Assembly: GCA_951406725.2 (NCBI GenBank)
Contig: OX597823.1
Coordinates: forward strand, 28,830,001-28,894,000
Length of the DNA: 64,000 nt
Reading direction: 5' to 3'
Source: Octopus vulgaris
Taxonomy: Eukaryota
Positions 40,520-56,131 of this stretch are shown piece after piece; positions within the stretch are counted from its first letter, which is position 1; every line of letters starts with the position of its first letter. Both the position numbers and the translations under genes were made by a program. The notes beneath the pieces are model-generated. The model searched no databases, was not told where the DNA came from, and saw only the letters and a list, made by a program, of their open reading frames with translations.

Positions 40520-43455
40520 ATAAATATAGGTATGTATGCATATATACATACAGACACATACATGTAAAGAGAGAATACTTGCGTACATGCATACGTATGT
40601 GTGTGAGTGTCTGTGTGGGTTGAGAGAGAAAGAGAGATAGAGAGTGTTTGTATGATGAAACGCGGTATGGTCGAATGATTAAGAGGTTCGTGTTGCAATC
40701 ACGAGGTCCAAGTTTCGATTCCGTTGCCTGACATATTTGAGAGGTTTATGGAAGCTGTACGGCGGCATTTTTGAAGGGTTTACTCTTGCAGTTTCAAAGT
40801 CCCAGTGTCGCGATGAAGGGTCCGATAACTCTACGTCTACACTTCTCTGTAAAAAATATCAACCACACACACTATTATAAGACGTGTGTTCGGTGTATTC
40901 GACCGACTGAATGCTCATCGTCGAAAACGACGAGGAACCATCAATGGATGTATACGTGTGTGTGTGCTTTGAGAGTATGTGTAGTTATAAATATATAAAA
41001 CGTATGCATCTGTGTGTGTTTGTGTGTATGTGTGTGTGTTTGTGTGTATGTGTGTGTGTTTGTGTGTGTGTGTGTGTTTGTGCGTGTGCATGTTAGTGTG
41101 TGATTTTGTGTGTGTGTATGTTTGTGTGTTTGAGTGTGTGTATGTTTGTGTGTTTGTGTGGGTGTACAAGTGGGGGAGTGTTTGTGAGTGTATGTGTGGG
41201 TGTGTTTGTATATTAGCTGGATTTTACTCAAAATGAATGTGTTAATCTTTAAGTAAGCGAAAGAACTCATACAAAGATTATTCTAGAAAAAATTGAAGAA
41301 CGGAATTTATAAAGAGAACATCTTGCAGATTGTCCTTCTTTGAGATGCTTTAGAATGAGCAATTTCACTTTATAGTTCTCGAATGTCCCAGAGGAACAAG
41401 CTTGGCTATTGAAATCTTCCCAATAAGAATTGTCTCGTTATATATTGGGAATAGGGCAATTAAAATAGAGAAAATTAGCCAAATTTGAAGGAGAATCTAA
41501 CGACTGTTTTTGTTTTCTGGGACGAATGTAATTAAATTTTATGAAATTGATAACGGAAGTTATATTCACGTTCGAGTGTAACGGAACGTGTTACAAAGGT
41601 TATACGTCGTTACCATTATTGTTGATTGCATAACTAATTAACGTCAGGGTGACAGGCCTTAACATGATCCAGGAAATTTGTTTTTATACTAGCTTCTGTA
41701 AATAGAAACATATATTCACGTTTCGCTCCAAAGGATCATGTCCTATCTATCACTGAGAAGGCGCCACTATATCGAAACGCTGATGTCTGACGGTTTATTG
41801 ATGTAAAACGTTCTCAGAGATGAAATCCAATGGCAACAGACGTGTTTACCCTCAAGTTTGCCGGAACATAAATTATACATATGCATCGTCGATTCGTTTC
41901 TTGCTGTTTTGCTCTTAATCTTCCAATACTACTAATACTAATAAAGACCAAATCTTGCTGCAGCACACACAGTTATATACGTATAGATAACGCTTGGGTT
42001 TCTGCTGGAACTTTAGTCACGTTAGCTTATATTGTGCACATCAGTTACACAACAAATTCAATAATTTCAAATACATTATTTATTGAGATGATAGATCTAT
42101 CATTACACTTAATTTGTATATATCTAATGATTAGGTGAAGTCAGAAAAAGGCCTTCAAGATTTAAATATAGACGTTATGGTTAAAAGTACTTCAAGATTT
42201 AAATATAAACGTTATGGTTAAAATAAAATTACTCGTAATGTATTTTCTTAAATCTTAAATTAATAAATACCTATCACGGATCATAATGAAAACATGCAGC
42301 ACATAATTAATGATTTAGTAAAAGATATTAACTAGTACAGGGTAATTTAGTACTTTTCTCGTTAGACTTGCATCCATTACAGTAACAGTTTTTTAAAAAA
42401 TAAACTCGTAAACACGAAGTACGTTTGGATTTAGTTTACATCGATAATATAAATTCCAAGCGTTTATAATAGGAACACTAAAACCATTTAGTTCGATAAA
42501 CCCATTCAGTCTTAATGTAAATGCATATATCGCTAAATTTTCGATTTAGATATTAGATAAACAGCTTTGCAAAGTATCATAAAGATGACAAAATTTAAAT
42601 AGGAATCTTGTTAAATTAGGCATCTGTTGTATACAATTTTACAACAAAAACACGCACATCAATAATAAAAATCTTAAGCAAATTTCTATATTTGATCCTT
42701 CTCCAACTTGTAAATATCTTAATCCCGTATATTGCCCATTAAATAATTCATATCTTTCAAAATCGATAATTTACAGTAAAAAATCTTTTACAGTTAAAAT
42801 TTTACTATCCAGGGATTATATTAAACTAATGGAACGTAAATAAATTCAAAGGCAGATTTGATCAGTATCTACATACTTTCAACTATCTAAAAGATCTTTG
42901 CTCATTAATTCATGGAAACAAATAAGAATTTTGGAAATATAGTTTTGAGCACCATAAAATTGTCTGGAATATATATCACATGTCAAGGCTAAGATGCATG
43001 ATAACGTGTATGATGGTCACCTGTTGTACAAAAAAAAATGAATACATTACTTTATAAGGTTTCCGTCTTAAACAAACAGAGAGTTAATATCTTATCGACA
43101 CCATGAATCAAATATTTGTTTAAATACTTTGCATTACCCAACGGCTGAAAATCTTTTATATTCGCATCAGATTTTCCCCTAAATTTGAAAAGAATCAAAT
43201 CGTTTATTTAGATAATGTGAATAAAATTTCATTGTTTTGCACCATACAACAAAATCCCACGAGAATGAATCACATATTTCGTTAGACAGAAACGCTCCAT
43301 AGAAGAAAAATAGTTTTGTGTCGCTATATTCTTATTCTAAGGTACTCCTTTAATTATACTCTGTTACCCATTTACCTGTTTCCCCCGCTGATTCACCTCT
43401 CCCCCTCTCTCTCTTAATGTATATATATATCTAGATATATATCTATATATATATA

Positions 43456-43487
<32 letters not shown>

Positions 43488-43489
<2 letters not shown>

Positions 43490-44023
43490 AGGTTAAGTCA
43501 AAAAGTAATGTAATTTTGTTTAGGACAGGTGTAATTACCAACACAGGAACATCAAAATGAAGCTGGTCCTCTGTGGATCACATCCCTCCTTCTCAACATA
43601 GTCACCGTTTCTCTCAATAGCAATGTTCCACCTTTGAATGAGAGCATGTAATCCTGCCCGGTAAAATTCTGTTGTCTGTTCTTTGAGCCACTTTTTCACT
43701 ACAGTTTCCACTTTATCGTCACTGGAATAATGTTTAACTCTCAAACCCTCTTTCATGGGGCCGAAGAGATGATAGTCCAGGGACGAAGAAGGGAAAACTG
43801 TAGTGAAGAAGTGGCTCAAAGTACAGTCAACAGAATTTTACGGGGCAGGGATACATGCTCTCATTCGAAGGTGGAACATTACTATTGAGAGAAACGGTGA
43901 CTATGTTGAGAAGTAAGGATTTGATCCACACAGGACCAGCTTCATTGTGGTGTATGATACATGTTTCTGTGTTGGTAATTATACCTGTCCTAAACAAAAT
44001 GGCATTACTTTTTGACTCACTCT

Positions 44024-44025
<2 letters not shown>
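43488..44025. mobile_element. Fold-back mariner: two transposase 3' ends joined in inverted orientation
   Basis: Minus strand LDYHLFGPMKEGLRVKHY..KKWLKEQTTEFYRAGLHALIQRWNIAIERNGDYVEK. 43795-44025 is an inverted copy of 43488-43709. (TA)n flanks. Confidence 0.88.
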
Positions 44026-44075
<50 letters not shown>

Positions 44076-44088
44076 GATGTATAATGAT

Positions 44089-44984
44089 ATACATGGTACG
44101 GTGAATGCATTGTCGTCCAAATTATACAAAAATGAAAATAACACTGACATCTCATTTTGATAGATATATTTAACAAAATTGCATAAAAGTATCTTGAAAT
44201 ACTAAAGAATAAATTTATTCAATAAAATCGCCATTGGTTTCAACCACGGCCTCCACGGCTTCCACGACTTCATAATCTTCTGCAACTCTTCTGCATGGTC
44301 TCCTTATTTTAGTTGGTGAATGCTGCCATAATCCTTGCTTTAGTTCACATTTGGTGTTCAAAAGTGTTTATTGGTCTCTTACTCAACTGCGCCCCACACA
44401 TAATAATCAAATGGGTTGCAATTTTGAGAGTTAGGTGACTAGATGCTGGAGATGATGTGATCAGAAAAACTGTCTGACAACCATGACAAGTTCTCATGCT
44501 TGTGTGGCATGGTGATAATACCTGTTCTCAGACAGGGACTTCCAGTAGCCACCCTCTTCATTCTGTGCAGCTCTAACACTCCCAGTCATTTGATGTAGAC
44601 GTCTGTGTTGAGTCTGAGGCCACATGGGAAGATAAATGGAGGTATAAAGTCGCCATCACTAGTGATCACTCCAAACACCATAATGTTGACTGGATGTTTG
44701 ATTTTTATCAATCTCGGTACATGTCTGGGGGACACGGCAAGCCAACGGTTGTTCTGTCTGTTCACCACCTGTTCATATTGGAACTTCCGTGACGAATGCC
44801 AAGCAGTACAGCATGCCGTTGGTATGGTGGATCGCTTTAGGATACCGTGTTCTTCACAGATGGTGCACAACTGGCTCTACTATGTGTGATCGATAAAAAC
44901 CAAAGCAAACATGTCATATATTTAGTTTCGCGCATGAAATATTAAATATAGGAAATGGCGACAATTTACCCATCACACAATGTA
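44089..44984 (-). mobile_element. Decayed maT/DD37D-like transposon
   Basis: KHPVNIMVFGVITSDGDFIPPFIFPCGLRLNT and SPNSQNCNPFDYYVWGAVE; the third catalytic residue appears to be D. Imperfect TIRs at both ends. Confidence 0.8.
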
Positions 44985-44995
44985 TGTGTGTGTAG

Positions 44996-45059
<64 letters not shown>

Positions 45060-45410
45060 GGCATTACTATACATAAATGCCACTCGCTAGAAGTGAGTAT
45101 TAAAGTCACACTGACGATTAAAAAGTGCATTTCTGCATTAATTATGAAATCATATGATTTGCAGCTGAATTCTGTTTTCAGAAAACTCGCTTCGAGAGTT
45201 GCATTCCCTCGCATTCAGTACGATGTGTTTAGTTTGGTAGTTTTAACTTTAAGATTCCCTTCTAGTGTATAATAATACCCTATATATAATATAAATAAAT
45301 ATGTTTAAGAGAAAGTTTGATGTTTTTTTCTCTTATGAGGTTTTACATGCTACTTGATCAATTCTTATAAAGCTTTTATCCTATTTTTAAATTGTATATA
45401 TATATATATA

Positions 45411-45460
45411 TTACACCTGTCTTAAACAAAATGGCATTACTATTTGACTCACCGTCTTAT
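45411..45460 (+). mobile_element. Solo terminal fragment of the 43.5-kb mariner family
   Basis: acctgtcttaaacaaaatggcattactatttgactcac matches 43983-44020. Confidence 0.75.
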
Positions 45461-47689
45461 ATATATATATGCTGTTATATTTCGGGATGGTCATTTTTTA
45501 CAACTCAATTTGTTACAGGATATATGCAGTTGTAGTTCTCCTTTCACATGTAAGTGTGAAATTGCGTGTGTATGTGTGTAGATGCGTGTATGTGTGTGTG
45601 CGCGCGTGTGTGTGTACGTAAACACGTATAGTCATGTTCGCATTCTATAATACACAAATCTCACATTCTAGACTCATTTTAGAATGACACCAGAACAAGT
45701 CAGCGCTGGAACTCTATTGATTCAATACTTTATGATATCATAATTACCAGACACGATTGCTATCAAATATAACTAAATTAACTTAATTATTGTGTCTATA
45801 TTTAACACCACTTCACCAGCAACGAAACACTTAAATAAATATATAATTATTCTAAATTTACTCCATATATGTTTCTGCAAATTATCTAGACGTGGTGTGT
45901 AATAGCATCTCATTATGAGACTCATATTAAATTCCAACCATATTCCAGCGGTCCTCAACATCATCTCTCGGCATATTGGAAAGAGCAATTAAATCCTTCT
46001 CAAATCCTATCCTATTCGCTTAAAATAGGAAAAGACACTTTAATATCTCTAATCCTATATAACACTAAAGAAAGTCATGGGATTGTCACGGGTGGAATAT
46101 ATACAATCAAGCTTTATTCGGTCAAAGACGTCGTGTGACTAAGCAGTAAGAAGAGTAATATTGCCTTTTATTGACGTAAGAAGCAATGTGTTATATATTG
46201 GAGCCATTTTTTAATATACCTAAACGCCATTAGATTTTGCCAAACTGTGTCATGGTCTCCAACGCTTATGGTTGACCATTCATTTGCACATTTCGTGTTG
46301 CTGTGAGTAATATGCTGTTCGTGAAGACTAAGATTTGTCGATGCATATCAGGAAGACTGACGGTTGCCACCCTCCCTCTCTAGGTCATCATTATTTATCC
46401 AGAGTCATTGACTTAGAACGACACAGCTTCGTATCATTGTCATCGCAAACATAGTTGTCTGAACATAAAGAGCTGGAACCGATACCACAAGGCATTTTAG
46501 CTGGTGCTAGGAATGGTTCATTTCAATCGATGCTGAAGAGAAGAAAAGCGATGTTATCCTCGGCGGAATTTGAAATGAAACCTCGGAAATTCAGAATAAA
46601 TATAGCGAGACATTCAACCCAACACTCTATTTAATTAATATTCTAATTAATTCGTCAATCTACATTAACAACTTCTCACTCACATTTATTCAACTGAGTT
46701 CTTACTTTGGTACAAGACCTCAAATATGAGGACAGGATGTATTGCGATGCGATCAAACTCTACTTTATATTATCCAGGCCAGAGTTATGGAAAAGCAGAG
46801 TCGATCTTAGTGGAATGGATTCAAAATCAGAATGTAATGAGTAGTAAATGAGTAGCAAGCATCGTTTCCTCTGATACTTCTACTCCACTGTCACTTTGTT
46901 CGACGCTACAGCTTCTGCCAATCCACTACCATTTTGCACGGTGCTCTACTGAGTCTCCTAAGCTACCATCAATATCTCCCACGCCCTGCCGAGTCTTCTT
47001 ATCCTCCGCCATTTTGTCTGAATCTCAGAGGATTGTACCTATCAACCACACTCTAATATTATTGATTAGACTTTAAAGGAATCGAAATTCCAAGCTTCCA
47101 TCAGCGGAATATTTCTAATAATTACCAAGATTTCTCAAATAGGGTGGAGGCAAGAATAGAAGATGAGCCACGGTAATTTCAACCGACCCCACAATATCAC
47201 TGGTACTGATCGTTAATGAAGTCCAAATGCTTTAAAATTTAAAAGTAGGGGGATCATATCAAATAACTACATAGCTTATTTATTTGTATTAGATAGACTT
47301 AGTCAGTCTCCCAGTCTTATACGCCCACCGCAGGCTCTGGGCATCCTTAGCAGTGTCTACTGTACAGCAAACGCTTGAGCCACATTACTAGTTTGAAGTT
47401 ATCTTTCTCCCTATCCGCATCAGCCTCAAAAGCTGTAAATAGGTAAAGAGTTCTGCCCTCCCTCTTAACAAGCAAATTAGTAATCTGCCACTGAGCATCC
47501 TGTAAACACCATACAATAACTCTATAAGTGTGGTTTGGTTTTGAGCCCGTAATGCGGTTCACATTGATTCCTGTATTGCACGAGTCATAGTTTCAACAAT
47601 TAAAGAAAAGAGCAGGAAACACTAAATGGATTTTGTTCAAATCAGAGAAACATTTCCGTCCTCTAATTACTACTACTACTGCTATTTCC

Positions 47690-48530
47690 CCAGCCGCTAA
47701 TCTTGGCATACAGCCAGTAATTTTTAACGGCGAGGGATATCGATGATATCAATCACAGTTTTTGACTGGTACTTATTTTATCGATACTCTCCCACCGAAA
47801 GGCAAAAATACTCCAGGCGAAATTCGAACACTGCATAAATGCCGCCAAGCAATTTTATCAAACGCATAAATGATTCTGCAAGCTCACCGTCTTAATAATA
47901 ATATTCTATTTTCTTCAATAGACGCACAGCCTGAAATGTTGAGGGCGTGCGCTAGCCTAATTCAAAGACCCAGTACTTAGCTGGTTCTTATTCTATCGAC
48001 CCCGAAGGAATGAAAAGCAAATTGACCTCGGCTATATTTGAAGAAATACCTCTAAACATTCTTCCAACATGCTAACGATTCTGCTAGCTCGGCACCTATT
48101 TATTTCTCCTAATATAAGCATTAGACTATCAATTTTGAGGGGAAGGAGTTTATCAATACCATCAATTTTTGTGCTTCACTTGGACTACCAAACCCGGAAG
48201 CGTGAAATGCCTAGTTGTCTTCCTATGGATTTCGATTCAGAACTCAGCCAATCGGAAGAAATATCGCCATGCATTTTTACCAGCATTCTTACGATTCTAC
48301 CAGCTCAATAATGACAATTCTTTATATTGAAACATGGCCAGACATTTTAGAATAAGTCTATGTTCCATCACATAATTCTTCATATTAGAAACATATTTTA
48401 TCGATCCCCGAAGCATGAAAAATATGAAGTCGACCTCCATAAGTTTTGAACTCGGAATGAAGGCGACCGAAGTGAAACCAAAAAGGCGTTTTTGTATAAT
48501 ATTCCGCCCATTCGGTTGACCCTCCGCCCT
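47690..48530 (-). mobile_element. Cluster of old SINE family A fragments
   Basis: Repeated degenerate ttatcga.ccc.gaa.g.atgaaa and acgattctgc.agctc motifs. Confidence 0.6.
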
Positions 48531-49866
48531 AAGCAGTGATATTAAGGCTGATTGAGTTGTGGAGATATACACATAGACAAGGTTGTTTTAATAGCTTAAG
48601 GACTGTATGATTTTCCGCCAACGGCCGAGGCTGTGGCTCAACAGGAATCACCTAAGTTCAGTACTTTCTTGAAAGATTGATATTGCATATTCTTCTGGTT
48701 TCAATTCCTCACTTCCATATCCTTTTTATTATCCTTTGATATTTTTTATAGTACTTTTATTTGTTTTACCAATGATTTGCAATAACGGAACAACAGATCT
48801 ATCGATCTTTATTTCTATTTCTATTAGATGCTTACACTGAAGCTGTTAAAGATTCTACACAATATTTGAAGTTATTGTATATCATTGCGAATACATGATC
48901 GCGTCACCTGGAGTTGATCGCAAAATTCATTGTTCATAAGACTGGAAGAATGGGGAGGAAGAAATACGCAGGAATTGTTCTAAGGCACAAGAATATATAT
49001 TTTGGAAAGGATAAAGAAATAACTCTTTTGGTGGAGCATTTCTTAATTCTATCACCTTTGCGAAAACAGAATCACTCAACCGAGATGTACTAATATAATG
49101 TTTATTTTCATCAAAACGCTTGCAGCCTTAGAAATTCGCCTCAGATATGGAAATATTACATATATTCTTTGAATAGGGAGGTATATGATCTTTAAGAAGA
49201 TTGTGTAGAGGTTTTTCATAAAAGAGAAGTTTAGCGGTGTGTGTAAACTGGTTTTGTTCGCTTCTTTGCAGAATATGAGTTATGTAGTCTTGTATGAAGG
49301 TATGTATGTTTAAAGGTATAGATATATGTGTGCATGTGCGTATCTATGCACGTATTTATGTATGTCAAGGTGCCTTTGAAGTACGCATTTCTTAGGAAGA
49401 AATATGACATGTCACAAATGGGCACACACATGCATAGCCGTATACCTGTATTCATACATACATAACTACACAAGAATAGAGCTATATATACGTGTGTGTG
49501 TGTATGTGTGTGATGTGAGTGTGTGTGCGTATGTATGTATATATATATATATGTACGTATGTATGTATGTATGTATGTATGTATGTATGTATGTATGTAT
49601 GTATGCATATATGTATGTATGCATATATGTATGCATGTATGTATTTATGTATATTTGTGTGTGCGCGTATATTTGCGTGTATAGCTGCATTTTTCTGTAC
49701 ATACTATGCACACATACATACATAGTTATACGTACACGTATATAATTTGTGAGTATGTGTGTGTAAATATGTATGTATGGCTATATATATATGTCTGCGT
49801 GTAGTATGTATGTATATATATGTATGTATGTACAGACACATATTTATGTAAAAGTGTATATTTATG

Positions 49867-49905
<39 letters not shown>

Positions 49906-50763
49906 ATACACATACATACGGACATACATGCACAAACACAAACATACATGTATACACACATACACACACACATGTACATGTTCATACATTCATATATGCA
50001 TGCACACATGTACATACTTACGGCCATACATGTATAAATATATCAATCATAAAAAGTTATGGAAGAAAAGCAAAGCGGAAGATATGAAATCTCTATGAAT
50101 TACGCCTTAGAACTAAGGAATCTTTTGTGATAGCGCAGAATATGAAGGGCGATTAGTTTCGCCTGTTTGAGAAATACTTCGACCTATCTACATTCAAACT
50201 TGCATCACATTACAATAAATTTATACTAAAATAGATAACAAAACTTAATAGCCTGTTGTGTACGCAGATCACGAAACCTTCACGTCCTGCGTGTCGGATT
50301 CATGTACTATTTGTATATTCAATGGTTTGTAATGTAGAGAGTAAAAAAAAGTACGAAACTGTGTGAATGGCTGAGAAGTTGTCGGGGAAATGGCTTCCAG
50401 GCAGCAACAAAATTACTTCGTATCCAGGCACCAACACTGCACCATGCACTCAGCAATAACAAATAGCGTGTGTATTTGTCGTCATGTGGGTTATATATTC
50501 ATGCACGCCTATATGTATGTGTGTATGTATGTATGTGTGTATATATGTATGTATACATGTATGTATGTATGTAGGTAGGTAGGCAGGTAGGTAGGTATAT
50601 AGCTAAGAATGTACGTTAGTATTTATGTTATATATATATATATATACATATATATATGTATATATATATATACATACATAATACATACATAAATATATAT
50701 GTGAACATATATTTAAAGAAAAATATACACATATATATAAATCAGAAATGGAAAAACAATATA

Positions 50764-50802
<39 letters not shown>

Positions 50803-52090
50803 GTGTGTGTGTGTGTGTATGTATAACACATGTGTGTGTTTATACAGTATACATAAATATATATTAATACACATGCAAACAGATACACACACATACACAT
50901 ACACGCAGATACACACACACAGGTAAAAAGAAACATATACACAGAGAAGCGGCAAGTAGGTCACTGGGAGAGGCACAGATTCTTCGGTAGAATTCGCAAA
51001 GCTAAATTTATCTGAATCGGCATCCATTTTTTGTTATTGTTTTTTTCATTTGTCGCTCGATTATCCCCACCCCTCGGGAAAGGGTAGACAAGAAGAGGTA
51101 TTATACATGACTCCAACAGTAAGAGCTCCGTCTTTTTGTGTATGCAGGCTTAATTTCTTTGATCTGTCCTCTCATATTTTTGTTAAATAATACGGCTTTG
51201 TGGTTTATCTTGGGAGGGTCTTCATGCCAATAATAAACACACGCACTGATTCTAGCTCACTTATATATATTTATATGTAAATTGTCAAGCATTTAATCAC
51301 ATTGACTAATTACCTGTATGATTAATCGCTCGGTCAATCAATCAATCAATTAATCAGCTAGGGCATAATGATTTTACCGAGATTCAACAAAATACGCTTC
51401 CACATATGAGTTCAGTCACATTAAGAATCTTGCAAACTCTATGCAAAAACGAAATAGGGTGTTGAATTTAGGGCAATATAACTACCATTTCTTGCAGGTT
51501 GTCTCCTTCCGTTAACAAAATATTCAGTTAGTATAGGCAACAGTGTTACGTTAAGACGCTTAAATTCTAAACGTGTTAAATAATCACTACTTTAAGGAGA
51601 ATCGAAGAAGCGACAAAAAACAAACAAGTTAAATACTCAATAAGTGTAAGATATATTGATTTATCGATTGGTATTGTAAAACAGCAAATTTGCGCCCTTT
51701 CATTGCTTTGCGATGAAAACGCTGTGAACATATGGCTATTGGAAATATTAGAGATTAAATTTTCCACAGTCAAACGCTATAGTATATCTTAGCTTTGAAA
51801 GCAATTTTCTCAATAACCGCCGTTTCATGATAAGAAAGAATTCTTTGAGTGAGTATATAGTAGCGTGTGTGTGTGTGTGTATGTGTGTGTGAGTGCGTGC
51901 GCGTGTTTGTATGTGTGTATATATACGTATAGATAATGTAATAAAACTTATTAGTGTATGTTAGACACGGTGTTAACATTCTGATATAGAAATCGGGTAT
52001 TTGAGATGTGTAGAAAATATGCGTATTCTTTGTCTTTTACACATTATAAACAAATACGCATACATTATACATACAAGCAAAACTAAGCCA

Positions 52091-53195
52091 TACAAAGGTT
52101 CTAAAAAATTCAATGCAAAACAGTTTTATTCAGAGGCGTAGGTAGTTCAAATTGTAAATGTTCCTTGAGCAACTCTTCCTTTTTACAAACCGTCTACTCG
52201 TTATAATCTTCTTCACAGGTTATTTATGCCATCGTTAAATCATCCAACCCTCAAATCTTCTTTGAAACATTAGTTTTGTCTACCTCCTCTCAACCAGTTC
52301 CAACGCATCTGCGTCACCAAATCGGTCTTCAAAAAATATTGTCCTTCGTGAGACTAAGCAGGTGAGAGCCGGTGGTTGGGTGGGGCGAGATCATGACCAC
52401 GCGGTGGATAGGGGGACCTTTGCCCAGCTCAATATACCGGTTGCCTGATTTGTTGCCAACGCAATATGTCTTCGTACTTTGTCATGATGCGTATCATTTT
52501 TCTTCGAATTTTTCTTCGATCACTTCCGCCTAATGATATTCTTTGTAATGTCTCAATGAAGCGCTCGCTGTTCATGGTACAGGTACTTTCAAGAAAATCA
52601 AAGCGAATGATGCCTTTGTCATCCAAACATTGTCACCATCACTACCTGTATCGATCGCTGGTTCATGAACTTCTAAAGTCCTGGATAAGAGACTTGCCGC
52701 CATTCTTTGAATTATGTCTTCCTTTTCAGATCTTAAAGAGACACCTAAAATTCATCAGACAAAGAACAAGTGTCTTCATTGAGTTTAAAATCTTCCATTA
52801 AAATCAGTTGAATTTTGAAGCAAGCTCACGGATTGTGAATCGTTTGTCAGCACGAATGATTTCGTCCATTTGCCAGCGATTCGTTAGTGGTCGTAGTTGA
52901 TGGTTCACTATTGCAGAGTTTATTTTCCATGTTCGTATCATCTTGTTGGAGGTCTTTCGTCCAACTCTTCACCTTGCTTCGTTAACAAAAGCACACTGTG
53001 GGCTATTTGGGAATATTCACAACTTCCACCGCCCTTTCGCCAAAGACTGAATGACGACACGTCACTTCTTGCAATGAGAAGGGAGGGTTAGTGTTATGGC
53101 GGTGTTACTCAACCAGCTTCTTCACTCTTAATAGCATGCGTCTATAGATGAGAATTGATGCCCATCTATGCATTACATTTTGTACAAATCCCGTA
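52091..53195 (-). mobile_element. Near-full-length decayed mariner
   Basis: DDKGIIRFDFLESTCTMNSERFIETL fits the mariner catalytic region. Degenerate TIRs tacaaaggttctaaaaaattcaatgc / gcattacattttgtacaaatcccgta. Confidence 0.7.
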
Positions 53196-53650
53196 CGTTT
53201 GAAATTCATTGTTACTAACAATAAGCAGATTTTTCTATCGTAGATTTTTTGCTTCTTATCTTTCCTTCATTTTCCGTCGACATGAGTCAGCTACAATACT
53301 TTTAAACCTGATAACCTGATACTAGTTGAGTCGCTGCTTTTGACGTCGATTTTTTTTTTATTTGGTTGTTTGAGGCTTGCACTCTTCTCTGCCTTAAAGC
53401 TCACACCACAAAGGTTTTGCAGTTAACTCTCAAACATACTCCATTGATTACCAAATCTATGAGACTAGAGCTGATCCTCGTATGTGATTAGTTCGTTCTT
53501 TATTATCGAACCAGTAGGATTGTATCGAATGGTTAATATTTACATTAGTACTGATGTCTTGTATCGACAAAGTCTCTACAATTATTGTTGCAACAAACAA
53601 ACAAAACAGCATGCTTTCTTGTATTAGTTCCAGCCTTTTACGTTTATAAA

Positions 53651-54015
53651 GAGGCGAGCTGACAGAAATGTTAGCACCCGGACGAAATGCTTAGCGGCAT
53701 TTCGTTTGTCTTTATGTTCTGAGTTCAAATTCCGCCGAGGTTGACTTTGCCTTTCATCCTTTCGGGGTCGATTAATCAAGTACCAGTTGCGTACTGGGTT
53801 CAACCAACTTGACTGGCCCGCAAAAAATTCGGGCGTTGTGCCTGGAGTCGAAAAGCCTTTTACGTTCTGATTTCAACTGCCACCGAGCTCAAATTTTCCT
53901 TTCATTCCTCCGAAGTTGAAAAAATAATCTACCAGTTAAATCCTGGGGTTGATGTAATCGTCTCACCCGGTTCCCCACACAATTGCTGACTTTGTCTCAC
54001 AAGTTATAACAATTC
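53651..54015 (+). mobile_element. SINE family A followed by an older partial copy
   Basis: gaggcgagctgacagaaatgttagc..gagttcaaattccgccgagg..tttcatcctttcggggtcga. Confidence 0.85.
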
Positions 54016-55472
54016 TTATTTTAACCTAAAATGTCTGAAGCCAGTTCTGATTAAGACCAGCAACAACTAAAATTATTGAAAGTTAATCCATTTTTTCTTC
54101 TGTCATAGTGTGTCTACAACCACAATCTTCTAATGTGTTTTTCTTTCTTTAAACGATTGTAGAGTGTTAAATCAGGGAGCTTTTGATGCTATTTCTAGTA
54201 GAACCAACGGAATTGTAGAGAACACTTCGTTCAATCGTCTGCATTCAGCAGACTTGTTACTGGTGTTCTTTTAACTAATTAAGTACTTCACTAACCCTTC
54301 TGTTACTAAGTAGGGAGAGCACAGCACATCATGACGATCGCACCTATGACAAATTTGAGGGCCACTGTGACTTGTAAGATGGAAGAGAAGAAATGACACT
54401 TATAGCTGAAAAATGAAACAAATGTTTGCAATGGTGTAAACTCCATGAAACGTTCCGAAGTATAAAGGCAAAGTTCTCTAGGATTTGGTTGATCCGAATC
54501 TATGACAGAAGGTATTTGACCAAGGTATCGCTGAGTAACATGAGACCTGAAGCGAACACATTAATCACATCGACATACATACACGAATTACACAACTTCT
54601 GTTTCGTATTTAAGACATACGGACACCCTCTTGCGTAGAGCTGATTTGAACGCGCAACCTTCAATTATGATATTAAATTCTATTCAAAAAATATGTACAG
54701 ATTACTACACATTTGAAAGTTTTTCCATTTGCAGGATGAATAATCATCTCTATCTTCCAAAACGCAAATGAGTCTTCAGAATCTATACGCAATTTGTATA
54801 TGGGATATAACATAAAAGCCAAAATTCTACAATATATATCTTTTCTTCCACTATTCTGCTTCGACTAATTTGAAAGAATAAAGAATATATGGACGTTGAT
54901 AGCGGAAAATTGTTTTATAGACAACAACCGAGCGAAAGAAGAGTGAAAACGCAGCATTGCAGAATAAAGCAAGACGTTGAATATTTTTTTATTACCGCAG
55001 CGGGTGCATCTTAGAAATTTAATATATTCATTCTTAGGTTATATATACATGTGTTTGCATATGTACATACATATATATAAACACTTATATAAAGGTATAT
55101 GTTATATATATGTGTTCTAAGTTATTTATCTGAGATTGCGTCATCGTGCGTTGACATTATCAAGTACATTGTGTTTTATGTATTACTGGTAAATTACATC
55201 AGGCAAAAGGTGTTATCAGTAAATCGGTAGAATCTGCCATTCTTCTTTTCATTGCTTCATTTCGATAATAAACTTATTTCCCAGTGTCATAAATTTAGCT
55301 ATAATTGATAAAGAACTAAAACTGCGATTACTGTTACTAATAATAATGAAAATAACAATTTTTTTCTTTCGTTTTTCACAGTGGGTAAACAAGCAGAAAA
55401 ACACACAGAAAGGTTACACACACCACATAAAGAGCTATATTTACATACATAGATAAGTATACACACACTTAG

Positions 55473-55515
<43 letters not shown>

Positions 55516-55644
55516 TACATATATATATGCACATACACACATATATATATACATGTGAGTGTATGTGTGTATGTATATTACATATATATATATTTATATA
55601 CACATATATATATGTACATATATATATATGTATATATAAGTACA

Positions 55645-55694
<50 letters not shown>

Positions 55695-55744
55695 TATATA
55701 CATATATATATATATGTATATGTATATGTATATATATAAGTATG

Positions 55745-55800
<56 letters not shown>

Positions 55801-56083
55801 TATATGATTGAATAAAAGGGGGACTGTAGCGTAAATAAGCCAAATGGATCTTGTGTGTTTCATTCTATTGAAAAGCAATTATTACGTAAGGCTGAGTATG
55901 AAATTGGCTGTATATTGTGAAAGGTATTTTAGCCCATAGAATATTATGAGCAATAAAAAAAATCTACAGGACATTTATGCTGAAAAGGAAAACAGGTTTC
56001 TGAGTATACAATATAAATCTACATATATGTGTGTGTGTGTGCGTGTGTGCATAATATATATTTGTATATACATATATAGTTGT

Positions 56084-56131
<48 letters not shown>

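Noticed and set aside
42153-42224. 34-bp direct repeat (cttcaagatttaaatata.acgttatggttaaaa x2)
   Set aside because: Two copies with a 3-4-nt spacer: a simple tandem duplication, not a CRISPR-like array.
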